From assembly GCF_006345805.1 (NCBI RefSeq), contig NC_043001.1, positions 123,442,001-123,506,000 of the forward strand: DNA of 64,000 nucleotides. Reading direction: 5' to 3'. Origin of the DNA: Octopus sinensis (Eukaryota). Below the pieces are notes generated by a model. That model made no database searches. It had not been told where the DNA came from and saw only the letters and a list, made by a program, of their open reading frames with translations. The translations under genes and the position numbers were made by a program. Below, one piece after another: positions 11,414 through 24,564 of the stretch. Positions within the stretch are counted from its first letter, which is position 1. The number at the start of each line of letters is the position of its first letter.

Positions 11414-12575
11414 CAGGGGTTGGACAAAATAATGGAAACACTTAGCATCATAGCATCATAATTTTGAAATATCTATAAAGATTGTTTATTTTCATGTTTT
11501 CTTATTAATTATTTAAAATTCATTTAAATGACGGATCTATCGAACTTTCAAAGAAGTCAAATTGTTGGTGCTCGATGGCAGGCGCTAGCGTAACAAAAAA
11601 CAGCAGAAATGTTTGGTAATTCAAAGTACTGTCTCCAAAGTAATGACAGCCTTTAAGAAAGAGGGGAAACCTCCTCGTCGAAACAAAACTCCGGAAGAAA
11701 ACCAAAACTTTCAGGTAGGGACCGTCGGACTCTTACGCGAATTGTTAGAAAGGATCACAAATGTACAGCTTCCCAAAATTACTACAGAGCTTAATGACCA
11801 CCTCGAGAACCTAGTTTCCACAAAAATTGTTTGCCGGGAGCTGCAGAGATTTCACGGGAGAGCTGGATTTCACAGGAGAGCTGCAATCAGGAAGCCACTA
11901 CTTTAAAAAAAAAACGTTGCAAAACGTTTAGAGTGGAGTAAAAACCTACAGAATTGGTCCCTAGAGCAGTGAAAGAAAGCTGTTTTCTCGGACGACTCAT
12001 CCATTACCTTATTTCCGACCACCGGTCGAGCATACGTGTGGAGACAGCTAAAAGAAGCATTTGACCCACACTGCCTTCTTCAAACTGTTAAACATGGAGG
12101 AGGATCTGTGATGATCTGGTTGAGGTTGCTATTTCCTGGAAATCCGCCGGCCCAATGGTTTCCCTTCATGGCAGAATTAATAGTCAAGACTATTTAAGCA
12201 TCTTATTTGATCAAATTCATCCTATGGTTTGCGGAACTGTTTCCTGGGGTAAACGCAATCTTTCAGGATAATATTGCACCAATTGGACCAGCTAAAGTTG
12301 TTATTGAATGGCATGAGGAATATTCTAGTGGACTTGAACATCTTATCTGGCCACCACAGTTCCCAGATCTCAGTGTTATTTATAGTGCACTTTAGAAAAA
12401 CAAGTAAGGAGTCATTATCCTCCATCATCATCACTACAGGAATTGGAGACCGTTTTAGCTGAAGAATGGACAAAAATTTCTTTGGAAACAATTCAAACTT
12501 TGTACGAGTCCACACCTCGTAGAATTCAAGTTGTAATTTGAACTTTAAGGTTTCCATATCTTTGTCCAACCCCTG
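11414..12575 (+). mobile_element. Tc1-family DNA transposon, both TIRs present, transposase disrupted
   Basis: TIRs caggggttggacaaa(ata/gat)atggaaac at both ends and TA at 12576-12577. Fragments STVSKVMTAFKKEGK, RAAIRKPLL, AIFQDNIAP and WPPQFPDL match Tc1 HTH and DDE motifs. Confidence 0.9.
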
Positions 12576-12605
12576 TATACATATATATATATATATGTGT
12601 GTGTG

Positions 12606-12835
12606 GCATTGAGCCCGCCGGTATTTCGCGTGTCTGCATTTAGCGGTATTTCGTCTGCCATTACTCTCTGAGTTCAAACTTTGCCGAGGTCGACTTTGCC
12701 TTTCATCATTTCGGGGTCGATTAAATAACTACTAGTTATGCACTGGGGCCGATGCAATCGAATTAAACCCCTTGTGTGTCCTCGTTTGCCCCCTCTATGT
12801 TTAGCTTCCTCCTGTGGGCAATAAAGAAATAAATA
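12606..12835 (+). mobile_element. SINE family A
   Basis: ctgagttcaaactttgccgaggtcgactttgcctttcatcatttcggggtcg...gtgggcaataaagaaata. Confidence 0.8.
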
Positions 12836-13190
12836 TATATATGTATGTATGTATATTTACATATACATACATACATACATACATACATACATACATGCAT
12901 TCATATATATATATATATACATACATATATATGTATATGTATATATATATAAATAACAAATGAAAAAGGGTGTCTTATTAACAAATAGAACCGAAAGGCA
13001 AAATTAATAGAGGTCACGAAAGTAACAACGCTCTTTGTCAGTCATTAAAACAATGCTTTTGCGGCTTTTGAGTTGTTTTAACTAATTTTTAACAAACGCT
13101 GTGCTAGTCACTACCCTTAGTCACTTTTGTGACCTGTCTCCATCTCTCTCTCTCTTTCTCTCTCTCGCTCTCTCTCTTTGTATATATATG

Positions 13191-13246
<56 letters not shown>

Positions 13247-13482
13247 GTGACGTATTTTTGCCATTTCAATATGGCTAACCCCTAAGGGTGGATGCTACTG
13301 TAGTTTTTAGCCCCAGGAGGACACACCCTCCAGCTGGCCATAGACACACTATCTGTGGTCCTGTCAGTATTTGCAAAGGGAGTCATCCTTCCCGTCTTCA
13401 ACTTATGATACACACGGACTCGAGTTTCGAGGTATTGACCTCTCGTCAGCGTGTGACAATCATAGTTGTCACCGAGAATTAG
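13247..13482 (-). mobile_element. 236-bp hammerhead-bearing element (family P2) inserted in (TA)n
   Basis: Flanked by (TA)n on both sides. The non-ribozyme part is homologous to 54899-55062. Confidence 0.8.
13411..13455 (-). ncRNA. Intact minimal type I hammerhead ribozyme
   Basis: cacacg-CTGACGA-gaggt-caat-acctc-GAAAC-TCGA-GTC-cgtgtg. Perfect 6-bp stem I, perfect 5-bp stem II with G-C closure, palindromic loop III and a GUC site. Confidence 0.93.
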
Positions 13483-13548
<66 letters not shown>

Positions 13549-13838
13549 ATATATATATAATATATATAATAAGATATATCTTTTATGCATGTATATGCAT
13601 ATATATGTATGTATACGCAAATGGTGTAGGTGTCGATATATGCATGCACATGTGAGTACTTGTGTTATTATATGTGTGTATGTATGTTAATACTTATGTG
13701 AATAGCTGGTGGTAATAAGATTTAGATTATAATCCCTAGGAAATGTTACATTGAAAAATAATGATAATAACGAAGCAACATAAAAGGATAGGGAAGAGAG
13801 CGGGAAAGAGAGACAGAAAGAAGAAAGGAAGGTTTTAG

Positions 13839-13870
<32 letters not shown>

Positions 13871-14241
13871 CATAAAAAAATAGAAACTAAGAGAATTAGA
13901 ATAATGCGATGAAGGTTTGAAAACAGAAATAAAATCATTATTTTTAATATTGTTGTCATTGTTCTCCCCCTCCTCCTCCTCATCATCATCACAAAATGAT
14001 TAATTTGGAGTAAAAAATGGGGCTAATTGCAAAGGATTATTTGATAGATGCTGATAGCACTTGACTGTTAAATGCTGGATTATAGTGGGAAGTTATGTAT
14101 GCAAATGCGTGTGTGTGTTTGTAGGCGTGCGTGTACATATATATGAATAATTGTGCATATATATTTACACATACAATATACATACATGCATATAAACACC
14201 GCACACACCACAGCACACACACAACACACACGCACACACAC

Positions 14242-14284
<43 letters not shown>

Positions 14285-14399
14285 ATGCATACTCTCTCTC
14301 TTTCTCTGACGCACACACACACTCATATTTTGTGGTGTGTGTAGAAGTACGTGATTAAATACCTGCAGTGCACTTCTAAATATCCACTATCGATGTTTT

Positions 14400-14560
14400 C
14401 CGATAACTCATTACTTTCGTTACCATAGCGACCCAAAAGTCGTTTAGACAATTTTGCAATTCCGTGAGTTGTTTCGGGACACATCTTGCACAAACATCTT
14501 TACTAACGACATATATGTTGCGTAAGATTTCATTGAACTCTCACTGAATACATTTGCTTA
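14400..14560 (-). pseudogene. mariner transposase fragment
   Basis: The minus strand translates EILRNIYVVSKDVCARCVPKQLTE, like the KVCARWVP(H/K)(E/Q)LT mariner linker motif. Confidence 0.6.
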
Positions 14561-14619
14561 TTATTTACCACATCACCATTAGTTCCGGTTTGGCCAACTG
14601 AAGCTTTTCACGGACTTGA

Positions 14620-15000
14620 TCAGTGGTGTCAACATCACAGGACGTGATCTGGCCTTCGACTCAAATGTTGAAGCATGATGAACGTGCAACTATTTCTGCA
14701 AACTGTCAATCCGTTCGGAGACAGTCCATGGTGGCAACATCCTGTTCACATGAAGAAGCAAAGTCACACTATCCAACATATCTTCCTGGACATAAAAAGA
14801 TGTAATTTAAGGAATATTTGGTTGTTCTTTCCCAGATTGAGCGACGGCTTTTGTGTGTGTTGTGTGCATCTCTTTTTTGATATTTGCTATACATTATTAG
14901 CCCAAAGTCAACACACACGGAAGCAGGTCTGTGGTGAACGTTATCTTAATTGTTACCATATTCTGTGCCGGAAACCTTGGAATATATAGATTTGATTGAT
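14620..15000 (-). pseudogene. Decayed Tc1/mariner (rosa/DD41D-like) transposase catalytic region
   Basis: Frameshifted pieces V C * L W A (VWCGLWA), QDVAT (QQDGAT) and RS..CD.LTPLD (RSCDLTPLD). Confidence 0.45.
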
Positions 15001-16754
15001 GTGTGAAGTGCTGGCTGTTTGTATCATTTTATCTAAGACATAGCCCATTAAATCTTTGGGTCACCAGATATACATTCTCTTATTCACTATATCTAAAATC
15101 TAATGTCATTCTCTCGAAGACTGTAGACATAAAGCTGAGACATATTTTCGTTACATCACATTCAATATGTTGATAAAAACACACACACACACACACATAC
15201 ACACACATCTAAATTGTGCTGACAGACTTACACAATCAGAAACAAACACGCACGTACGCATCCATAAATACACATTTATCAAACCTGCATAGACATACGA
15301 AATCTTTTATACTTCAGAGATTTGTAACAAGATCTTTATTTAAGATTGCAGTCACACCAGGGCATCGCTTTGAACGGTTTTATTCGAACAAATTGATCCA
15401 GGTCTCGGTTTTGTTTTTAAAGTGTGATAGTTACTATATCGGTCTCATATGGCGAACCGCTAGTTTAATGAGGCATAGACAAACCAATACAGGTTGTGAA
15501 ACGGTTGTAGGGGAAAGCACTCACACCCACATATACACACACAAACACATACACATATGCATGCACGCAAGCACATACAAACAAGCGCACGCGCACACAC
15601 ACACACACATGCACACATACGCATATAGACGGCAGGCTTTTCTGCTCACAAGATCCGGGGCTATAATAGAAGACACATCACCAAAGTGCCTCGTAGTGGG
15701 ACTGAACCCGGAACCATGTGGTTGGGAAGCAAACTTCTCACCTCACATCCACATCTTTCTTGATTTATAGAGCTGGATGCTGTTGAAGATGCTTACGTTT
15801 ACGAAGACGAAATCGACTTAGACAACATTGCAAACAATAATAATAATTACAACCACAACGATGCAGATCACAATGGTTACAGCAATGATGTCTCCATTGT
15901 CGAAAGGGATTGCATGCACGGTAAGGATGACAGAAATGGTAATAACAACAGTAATGACAGCAAACATGATAATAACAAAGACGACAACACAAAAGGAAAA
16001 AATAGAGAACGCAACACGTGCATGCTGACAACGTTAATAAGTGCAAGAGTAATTTTGTTCCTTTTATTATCTGAGTACGTATTTCAATTATACAGGGCAG
16101 CAACAGTCGACATTATAATGATTCACATGCTACTGAGGTCTATTGTAATGGCGGAGTTCATTAAGTTATTTCGTTTTCATTCATCTGTTTTCACTCGATC
16201 CTATTCGCTTCCTCTACCTCCATACATCCTTTTAATCATTCTCCTCGCTGGCAGCATTACTCTGGCCACCGTTTCTGAAATTACTGCTCATGTGTGTGTT
16301 TTATCTGTGGCATAAATAACTACGTCAATTTTTTTTTTCGTTTATTTGTTTCGTTATTTATGTATTTATTTCCTGTATTTATTCATTATCTGCTTCGTTT
16401 GCATATTTTATTGTTTGTGCATATCTAACAGATCAACAACTGCATTCAGTATCACACTACAACCGAGTTGGATATAAAACATTTGAAGTACGCTTTCGTC
16501 TTTGTCTTCCAGAAGTCATAAAATCGATAACGACGTTACATACACACGTTCCGCAACACAAACACACATACACGTATGTATTTTTATGTATACGTGTGTA
16601 TGTATGTATGTATGTATGTATGTATGTATGTATGTATGTATGTATGTATGTATGTATGTATGTATGCATGTATGTATGTATGTATGTATGTGTGTTCGAC
16701 ACAAGTGCAAACAAGGGAGTCAGAGAAAGGCAGAATGCCACTTAAATCTGAACA

Positions 16755-16917
16755 CTACTATAGAAATATTCTTTTAAAAAAACTTTTCTTCTAATTTTTC
16801 TAAATTTAATTATTTAATCGTTACAGTTGAAAAGGTCTCAAAATGACCGAAACCGGTACTGAAATGTTCACTATAAAATTATTTTAGCATTTTCTATTTT
16901 TGACTTGTTTTTTCATA
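16755..16917 (+). mobile_element. Hammerhead-bearing element (family P3)
   Basis: Homologous along its length to the reverse complement of 48241-48397. Ends in (TA)n. Confidence 0.7.
16820..16865 (+). ncRNA. Minimal hammerhead with U3-A8 core variant
   Basis: gttacag-TTGAAAA-ggtc-tcaaaat-gacc-GAAAC-CG-GTA-ctgaaat. The palindrome ACCGGT spans stem III. Confidence 0.65.
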
Positions 16918-17261
16918 TATATCAACTCGTGTGTTCCTTTTCACCCTTATACATATATATATAATATATATACATTTTTTTCAGAATGAGATAAATAAAC
17001 AAGGCTGTGAAGATTTTAGAACGTTTATAAATAGAAGGTACACACACCACACACATATATATAGTATAATGTGCATATACATATATGTAAATACCTATGT
17101 TCATCAGCTGTTTCATTAACATAAGCATCATTAATTTCGTAATTAAACTATATAATTTAAATTAAATTAATTTTAAAAAGAATTTCACCTATATCATTGG
17201 GTAAATCATATATATACATATATATGCATATATACATATACATATATATATACACACACAC

Positions 17262-17295
<34 letters not shown>

Positions 17296-17617
17296 TTGAA
17301 TGACTCTTTATTGACTCATGAAACGCAAACATTTCGAATATCGCCAAAAACAAATTGTCTAAAAGGCGTTTTGCTCGTTGATATTATCCCCAAATTTCAT
17401 AATCTATAAGCTAGTTTCTATTAGTCACGGCATCTACACGCTGAAGAGAGTTTCTTTATTTTTATACATTCCTATCAGTTACAATCAATATTACTCACAC
17501 AAATGAGTTAGCTTGTACGTCGTCCGAGATCCTGTTAGAAATAAAGGTCCTTTTTCCCCTAAATGACCAAATACCGTTTTAAGCACAAAATATTACGTAA
17601 GATAATGTTCGCCATTT

Positions 17618-17745
17618 ATTTCATTTATTCTGGGAAGGTCTGCGATAACAAAGTTCACAATACCCCATTCCACCTTATGACGTCATAAAGTGCAATGGGG
17701 TGTTGTGACCTTTGTTATCGCAGACCTTCCCAGGACAAATGAAAT
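17618..17745. repeat. 128-bp near-perfect palindrome (MITE-like hairpin)
   Basis: Arms atttcattt.ttctgggaaggtctgcgataacaaag...ccccatt centred on ttatgacgtcataa. Confidence 0.85.
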
Positions 17746-17927
17746 TTATGCCGCCAACATTACGTCGATTGCAGGAAATACATATTTTTTAGTAGAAAAA
17801 TTCAGAAAACTACAGTCATTCTGGGATGGTGAGAAGGAATGACTAAAGTGATTAGTGCAGTCTCTGGGGTTCGTACTGTATGAATGTTGAGGAACGAAAA
17901 GAGAGATGAGTGAGTCAGTAGAATTCT

Positions 17928-18158
17928 TATTTCTTTATTGCCCACAAGGGGCTAAACATAGAGGGGACAAGCATGAACAGACAAAGGGATTAAGTCGATT
18001 ACATCGACCCCAGTGCGTAACTGGTACTTAATTTATCGACCCCGAAAGGATGAAAGGTAAAGTCGACCTTGGCGGAATTTGAACTCAGAACGTAACGGTA
18101 GACGAAATACCGCAAAGCATTTCGCCCGGCGTGCTAACGATTCTGCCAGCTCACGTTT
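17928..18158 (-). mobile_element. SINE family A, near full length
   Basis: tRNA-like head gagctggcagaatcgttagcacgccgggcg...ctgagttcaaattccgcc and tail gtgggcaataaagaaata. Confidence 0.9.
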
Positions 18159-19006
18159 AATAGGTGATACTATTTCAGTCAGCCACGAAGAATATACCAA
18201 AATAGGAAATGTTCACGGTTGGAACGACTTTCATAATTTGTTCGACCAGAAAGTGACCTGAGCATTAAATGACAATAATAATAGCAATAACGTCATTTGG
18301 TTAGACTTAGAGCAGAATCACTGAATCTTTTCGAAATTTATGTGTTTCCTGTTCGAGTTGATCCACACTAGTTTAAACATCATGAAGCTCACTGGTCTCC
18401 ATGAACGGCGAAAGTCATGGGCGCTGTCCCTTCTTCAGATTCATCAAGGAATAAAAATCCACATCTAAATAATTTGGGAAATTCTATATATTTCGAATAT
18501 TAAGTCGAAAATGTTTTAATGGTATTGTTTCTAAGCTTTATTTCTCTGTTATAGAAGGACAGTGGATTAAATAGCAGGGAGAAACACTTTATTAATAACA
18601 CTTGCTAAAAGCAACCGATGGGATTAATAAAAACATATACAAAAAAAAAAGGAAGTTCTGGTTATGTTTAGCTCTGATGGAAATAATTAAGTCTGTGTAA
18701 TCTTTATGTGCAGAGTTGATGCGCATAAATGATGTAGCACAGGGTAAATGCTTGCAAGGCTGGTAATTTGCTGCCATTAGTGCACTTAAAATGATGCATC
18801 CACTTTAAAAAAAAATAAAATAACACAAATACAAAAGAAAACAAATTTATGTATGCGTAATCGCTCCTCTCTTTTTCTTTCACTCAATACACATATTTAT
18901 ATAAACGGAAGCACCAAACATATATATGCACATGTGTAATATTATACATATCTAAATCATATATATGCATATATATATGTATACATACATACATAAATAT
19001 ATATAT

Positions 19007-19069
<63 letters not shown>

Positions 19070-19879
19070 CATACATGAATACTCATGTGCATACGAATGT
19101 ACATGCGTGTGTTTAAAAATATACTCGTTAATTTTATATTTTAACATATCACACACATTTACGCACATTTATATCATACACTTGACAGGCTTTAAACCTT
19201 TGCAAGCATTAAGCAGTTACACGCATAAATACAAACATATAGACAAGTATGCAACAAAATCACAAACGCAAATTTACATATACACTGAATTTCAAAATCT
19301 CGCTAACACCAACGTAAATATGGTGTCATTCTTGATGCCAATAATTAAAACTAACTGTTCGAAATTATGTCACAAAATTAATTAAAATTATTTTTAATGT
19401 TGTAAATATTATTAATTTACAAGTTCCGCTACTTAGAGAATATTAATTAAATCTATTAAAACCATCACGCTTTGATACACCAATTTTCGTACGTTAATTA
19501 TCACCGATTATGTCTTATTTCTGACTTTAAAAGGGCGAAGAGAATATACTGTTTAGCATAATATTTTCAAACAGAGTGGGCCGAATGGTTCAACATTTTA
19601 TTTCCATATAATCAGTTTTTTGTTGTGGCTGTTTATAGTTACATAGCCTCGTCGGCATACGGCACAACAATTATTAATCTTTTAACAAACGAAAAATTCA
19701 CCTAACACTTAATGGTTTTGCCACACATCTGGAAAGTGCACTTACCATTGACACATTCTAAACAGCTTTTTGGTTAGATCTTTCCTAACTCAACTTTCCC
19801 TTCTGCCTTCCTCTCCAAACTGGAATGGGAAAAAAATCATTAACGAAGGCAGATCGCTGCTGCTTACCGCACAGTATGT

Positions 19880-20300
19880 CCTGCTGCAAACGCCATGACT
19901 CCATCGAAAGTTGAGGACGTAAGAAGCCAAGCCTACTCCCACTAGAACTGACATTCCTTTGTGGTAATTTCCTTGACTCCGACAATTATGTAGCAGGCGG
20001 TCAGATTTGTTTTCAAATCTTGATCAAATGCAATATCCCCTCTTTGTGCGGGGTTTCCCTGTATCAGTTGGCACCAAACACCAAATAACCCAAGCCAATG
20101 ACAGAAGCTCTTCGCTTTTATCCCAAGCGTGCACTCACGAAGATAGAGTTTGATTTTCTACAACATTAAATTTTTTTGCCATGATCTTCAATTAACTTTC
20201 TGCAACAGCTTCTATACCTCCTAATCCTTTGCCCTTCTCTTTCAAAAGAAACAAATAATTGCGTGACATCTTAGTCAGAGGCCTCCTTTATTCACGTAAT
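19880..20300 (+). pseudogene. Penelope-like element (Neptune-type) RT C-terminal/linker fragment
   Basis: IPLW*FP*LRQLCS...VRGFP (cf. IP.SQFLRLRR.CS...RGYP) and PFSFKRNK*LRDILVRG (cf. P...FKR.KNLRD.LVR). Confidence 0.65.
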
Positions 20301-20374
20301 GTTCAGCCTAGCAACTGTTAAATGTTATGTGTGTTACATAATAATGTAATATACATAACGACATAACGTATCTG

Positions 20375-20480
<106 letters not shown>

Positions 20481-20542
20481 AATCTATCAATCTATCTATC
20501 TATCTATCTATCTACCTATCTATCTATCTATCTATCTATCTA

Positions 20543-20585
<43 letters not shown>

Positions 20586-20587
<2 letters not shown>

Positions 20588-21260
20588 GTCTGCCGAGTCT
20601 ATCGTTAATATCGTCACGCCTCCTTCCTTCAAACGGGAAGGAAGAGCTATTTTTATCATACTTGTGGCTATGGCGAAAGAATGTATCTGGTGGACGCGCC
20701 TGAAAGGATTAGAGACAAACACTTTCCTCTCTGGTCAATCTCTCATCAACTTCTTCAAGTATCACTTGAAGAGGAAAGTGAGAGTAGAGAGGCAAGTTTT
20801 GTCTAGTGAATGTTTTAAAAAAAGATGGGTGAATGTAGCAAGGATGGCACGTATGAATGACGAAGCCACCTTGACTATGATTCTATGAACCATAAAAATT
20901 AATACAGAGAGTTGCTTATTTGCAAAAAAAAAAAAAAAGAAAAAGAAATATAACATGTGACCTCATTGACCGAGGTTACCGTGGTCTTTTCCGTAGGCTT
21001 TTCTTTCCACGGGTAAACCTCACCTGTCCTCCCCTTTACACTTCATATTGACATTTCTGTGATAACGATCCCTATTATTCATTTTTTTTTCTTTCCCCCC
21101 CCCATTTTTTAACCCTCCCCTTTTTTTTGTCCTTTTTCTTTCCTTTTACGATCCATTTTGATCGAAAACCACCACTCTCCTTTTTTACCCCCAAAAGAAA
21201 AGCTCTACCTTGTAATTTGTTCTATCTGTGTGCAGCCCTGTGTGGCTAATAAAGAAACAT
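20586..21260 (+). mobile_element. 5'-truncated L1/Tx1-clade LINE 3' end in (TCTA)n
   Basis: Open frame [13 protein letters not shown]...VAMAKECIWWTR...NFFKYHLKRKVRVER...F.KRW, typical of the Tx1/L1 ORF2 C-terminus. T/C-rich 3'UTR and AATAAA at 21248. (TCTA)n on both sides. Confidence 0.7.
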
Positions 21261-21288
21261 ATCTGTCTGTCTGTCTATCTACCTATCA

Positions 21289-21328
<40 letters not shown>

Positions 21329-22533
21329 CTATCTATCTATCTATCTATCTATCTGTCTGTCTGTCTGTCTAACTATCTTCAACAATGTTCCCATAAATAA
21401 CTTTAAAGCTAAATTTCATATCAATGAAAACTTTCTTGCATCTACACTGTTTAAATGTAAACAATGAATCCCGTCAAGCATAACTGTCGGCTATAAGAGA
21501 TAATGGCAAAGGAGAAGGTATTTGGATATAGTTCCATCGTAATAAAAGAAAACGATTGTATTAAAGACACACGAAGAAAAAGAACTCTTAGTAACATCAG
21601 GAATTACAATCTCAAACCTGCAATATTTCAATGGAAAACTTCATGCAAAGAACGAATGTCTATCATTTTAAGCTAAGGCTCGAAACAAATGTCAACGAAA
21701 TGGAAAAAGAATACGATTTCCAAGTATATTTAGGAGATGTCAGAGTAATTCATTTCCGATTCTGGTTAGAATACACAGAGCGCAGAAGAAATAGTGGATG
21801 AAGTTGGTGACAGCAAAAATATTAAGTATAATGAAGATGAACCGGTATCCAAAATGTGCAAACTCTGCTACATGTGAATCGCTTGATAACAATATTTTGT
21901 ACGTTGGTAAATTTACTTCACAAGAGAAACTGCTGTTCAACAAACATCTCAATGATCTCAGAGAGCATATTATCTGAAATTAGCACCAAAAAGGTAAAAA
22001 AACTGAAACCTGTTTTACTCTTCAAACCAATTTATCCCAAAATTAACGTTACTGTTAATCCAGTTCATAATTTTGATGACCCAGCGCCAGTCGATCAAAT
22101 CCGTCCTCAATTTACTTTGGAATTTTAGGAGTAGCTCAACTAATTTACTATGGCAAGTTATCTCCTCTACCACATGTAACTTAGGTAAGTGACACTAACA
22201 ATTTACAATATTCTGGTTTTAGTTCTTACATACCACGGTGTCAAATAATTTTATAATATATATATCAATATATTTTATGTGGTGATATACCTGCAATATT
22301 ATATGCAATTTTGTTACTGTTTATCACATTCAGTATAGATACATATTTTCAATTTGTATATACAGAGAATATTACCCATACAATCAGTTAACTCACTCAA
22401 TTGATTCAAACTATACTTCGGCTAGCGTTACCTCCGTATCCTTATGTGTGTATATCGAACTTTCTTCAATGCAGCTAATCTTACAACCTCTTTTTTTCTA
22501 CCCCTTTTGATGTTTGGGAATTCTCTGATGTTT

Positions 22534-22621
22534 TTTCGGCTGACGAGTACGAACCATCTGTATTCACTGCATTTTTTGTAGCTTATTAAAGATGTCCTCG
22601 TACGAAACGATCGTACCGAGA
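22534..22621 (+). ncRNA. Intact type I hammerhead ribozyme with 45-nt loop II
   Basis: tttcgg-CTGACGA-gtacga-[45 nt]-tcgtac-GAAAC-GATC-GTA-ccgaga. 6-bp stems I and II and a palindromic loop III. Confidence 0.9.
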
Positions 22622-22656
22622 TTTTAATCCATTCTTGTTGCTTTTTTCCTATATAT

Positions 22657-22687
<31 letters not shown>

Positions 22688-24120
22688 CATATATATACAC
22701 ATACACACACACATACATATACATATATATGCATATGTCATTCTGAAAATTGGTATTCATTATACTTTCTCCTTGCCGCTTTGACCTTTGTTTCCTCTCT
22801 CCAATAACATTTGCTACTTCTCTTGCGACCACTGTAACCTCTCCTTCCTCGTCTCCTTTAATCCATATTTTATCACCTTTAAACACCGTATGATGCCGGT
22901 ATCCTATCTGAAACGTGAACCTTCTTTCTTTCCCATTTTATAACGTTTTCCACTCTTTCAACTGTTCTAAATACATTTTGACTGTGGAAAACTAACTAGT
23001 TTTCTCAGATTTTACTGTTTTGCAATCCGATGAATATAATACTAACCTATTAATTTAAAGTCATTATCCTTTACCGAGAGGCAACTGCAATTTCTGACTG
23101 TGCTATACTTTCTATCGGTTTCGTAATAATACTATAATTGCCTTTTGACTTGGTTCTGTGTTTTTAACAAAATATTTATGAACGTCTGACATTCAGTACA
23201 GAGAATGCGTGGCATTTATGGTATGCCGGAAGAATTAATAAAGGTCTCTCGGAATTCCTCGTCTGATTCTTCGCTTCGTACTCTCATTAATATGGATTAG
23301 TTCTCAAAATAATTTTTCCTGTAAGATTACGTATGTTTTACATAGAATTTAATAAAATATGCAACATATACAGTTCAGTGAATTATATATTTAATGCCAC
23401 AACCAGAGCAGTTCTCATTATCAAATACCTGATTCTATACAGTAGCGAAATGCATCTACTGCAGCTGCCTAATGCTTCGGTATAAGCTTCATTGCATATT
23501 CCATTATAAGCTCCAAGTAAATACCTTAAGTAATTTGAATAGATTTTAACGTCAAATAACGAGTTCAATAAAACTATACTTTTACGTTAAATGTTTATTG
23601 CGAATTTTCTACACTTTTTCACTGAAATATTTTGAGGGACATACATAAATGATTTAGAGACATTTGACTAAAACCTTTTCATCCTTGATCTATCCCCCAG
23701 TTTACAATAACCTTCAGTCCAAAAACACATTTGCAGCAACCCAAATTGAACATCACCCAATGTAACTTTGCAAAATTATTCCTGCTCTTCCACCTACGAG
23801 AGTCCAGAAAACATGTGTACACAGATTTTGTTATCTGACTCGACGTGGGTGTCTCCTTCAAACAATAACCATTCAATTGTAAAATGAAAATGGTAATTAG
23901 AAAAGTTATCAAAGTAATTTGCCTAGACTAAGTGTTAACCGAAAACAAATTTTTTTCAACATGAACTCATTACCTTTGGTTCAACACTCCATTAATTGTT
24001 TGTAATAAAATTTTAATTACTTCAAAAACTTTTATTGATCATAATTTATTCTATGCCTGGTAATTTGCATAATTATGATTAACGCACACACACACATATA
24101 TATGCGTGTGTGTAAATATG

Positions 24121-24149
<29 letters not shown>

Positions 24150-24151
<2 letters not shown>

Positions 24152-24268
24152 ATCACCGTCACCGACCAGACTATCAGATGTTGCTACACATCGCTGGTCC
24201 CAATGCGCTTCGCATTGCTTTAGACTTCAAATGACGCCACCCCGCTGGGTAAGCGAGCAGGCCAATGT
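24150..24268 (+). mobile_element. Interspersed repeat shared with 45995-46115
   Basis: gaccga.tag.c.atcagat..t..tacacatcgctggtc.caatgc....gcattg.tt.ag.ctt.aaatgac.cc.cccgctgg. Confidence 0.65.
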
Positions 24269-24278
24269 ATATATATAG

Positions 24279-24331
<53 letters not shown>

Positions 24332-24336
24332 CATAC

Positions 24337-24367
<31 letters not shown>

Positions 24368-24532
24368 CATACATATATACACGTATATGTATGTGGGTGT
24401 TAGCATGCCTATGCGTGTGTGCATCTGTGTATGTGCGTGTGTGTGCATACACTTAATCGCTATCGCGCAGTCATATGGACTTGTTTAATGATAAGTTAAA
24501 GTTATTTTTTAATAATAAGTAAGAATAACAAC

Positions 24533-24564
<32 letters not shown>

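Noticed and set aside
15216-15770. 184-aa ORF
   Set aside because: It is composed of repeat fragments, (CA)n and a SINE head, with no protein signature.
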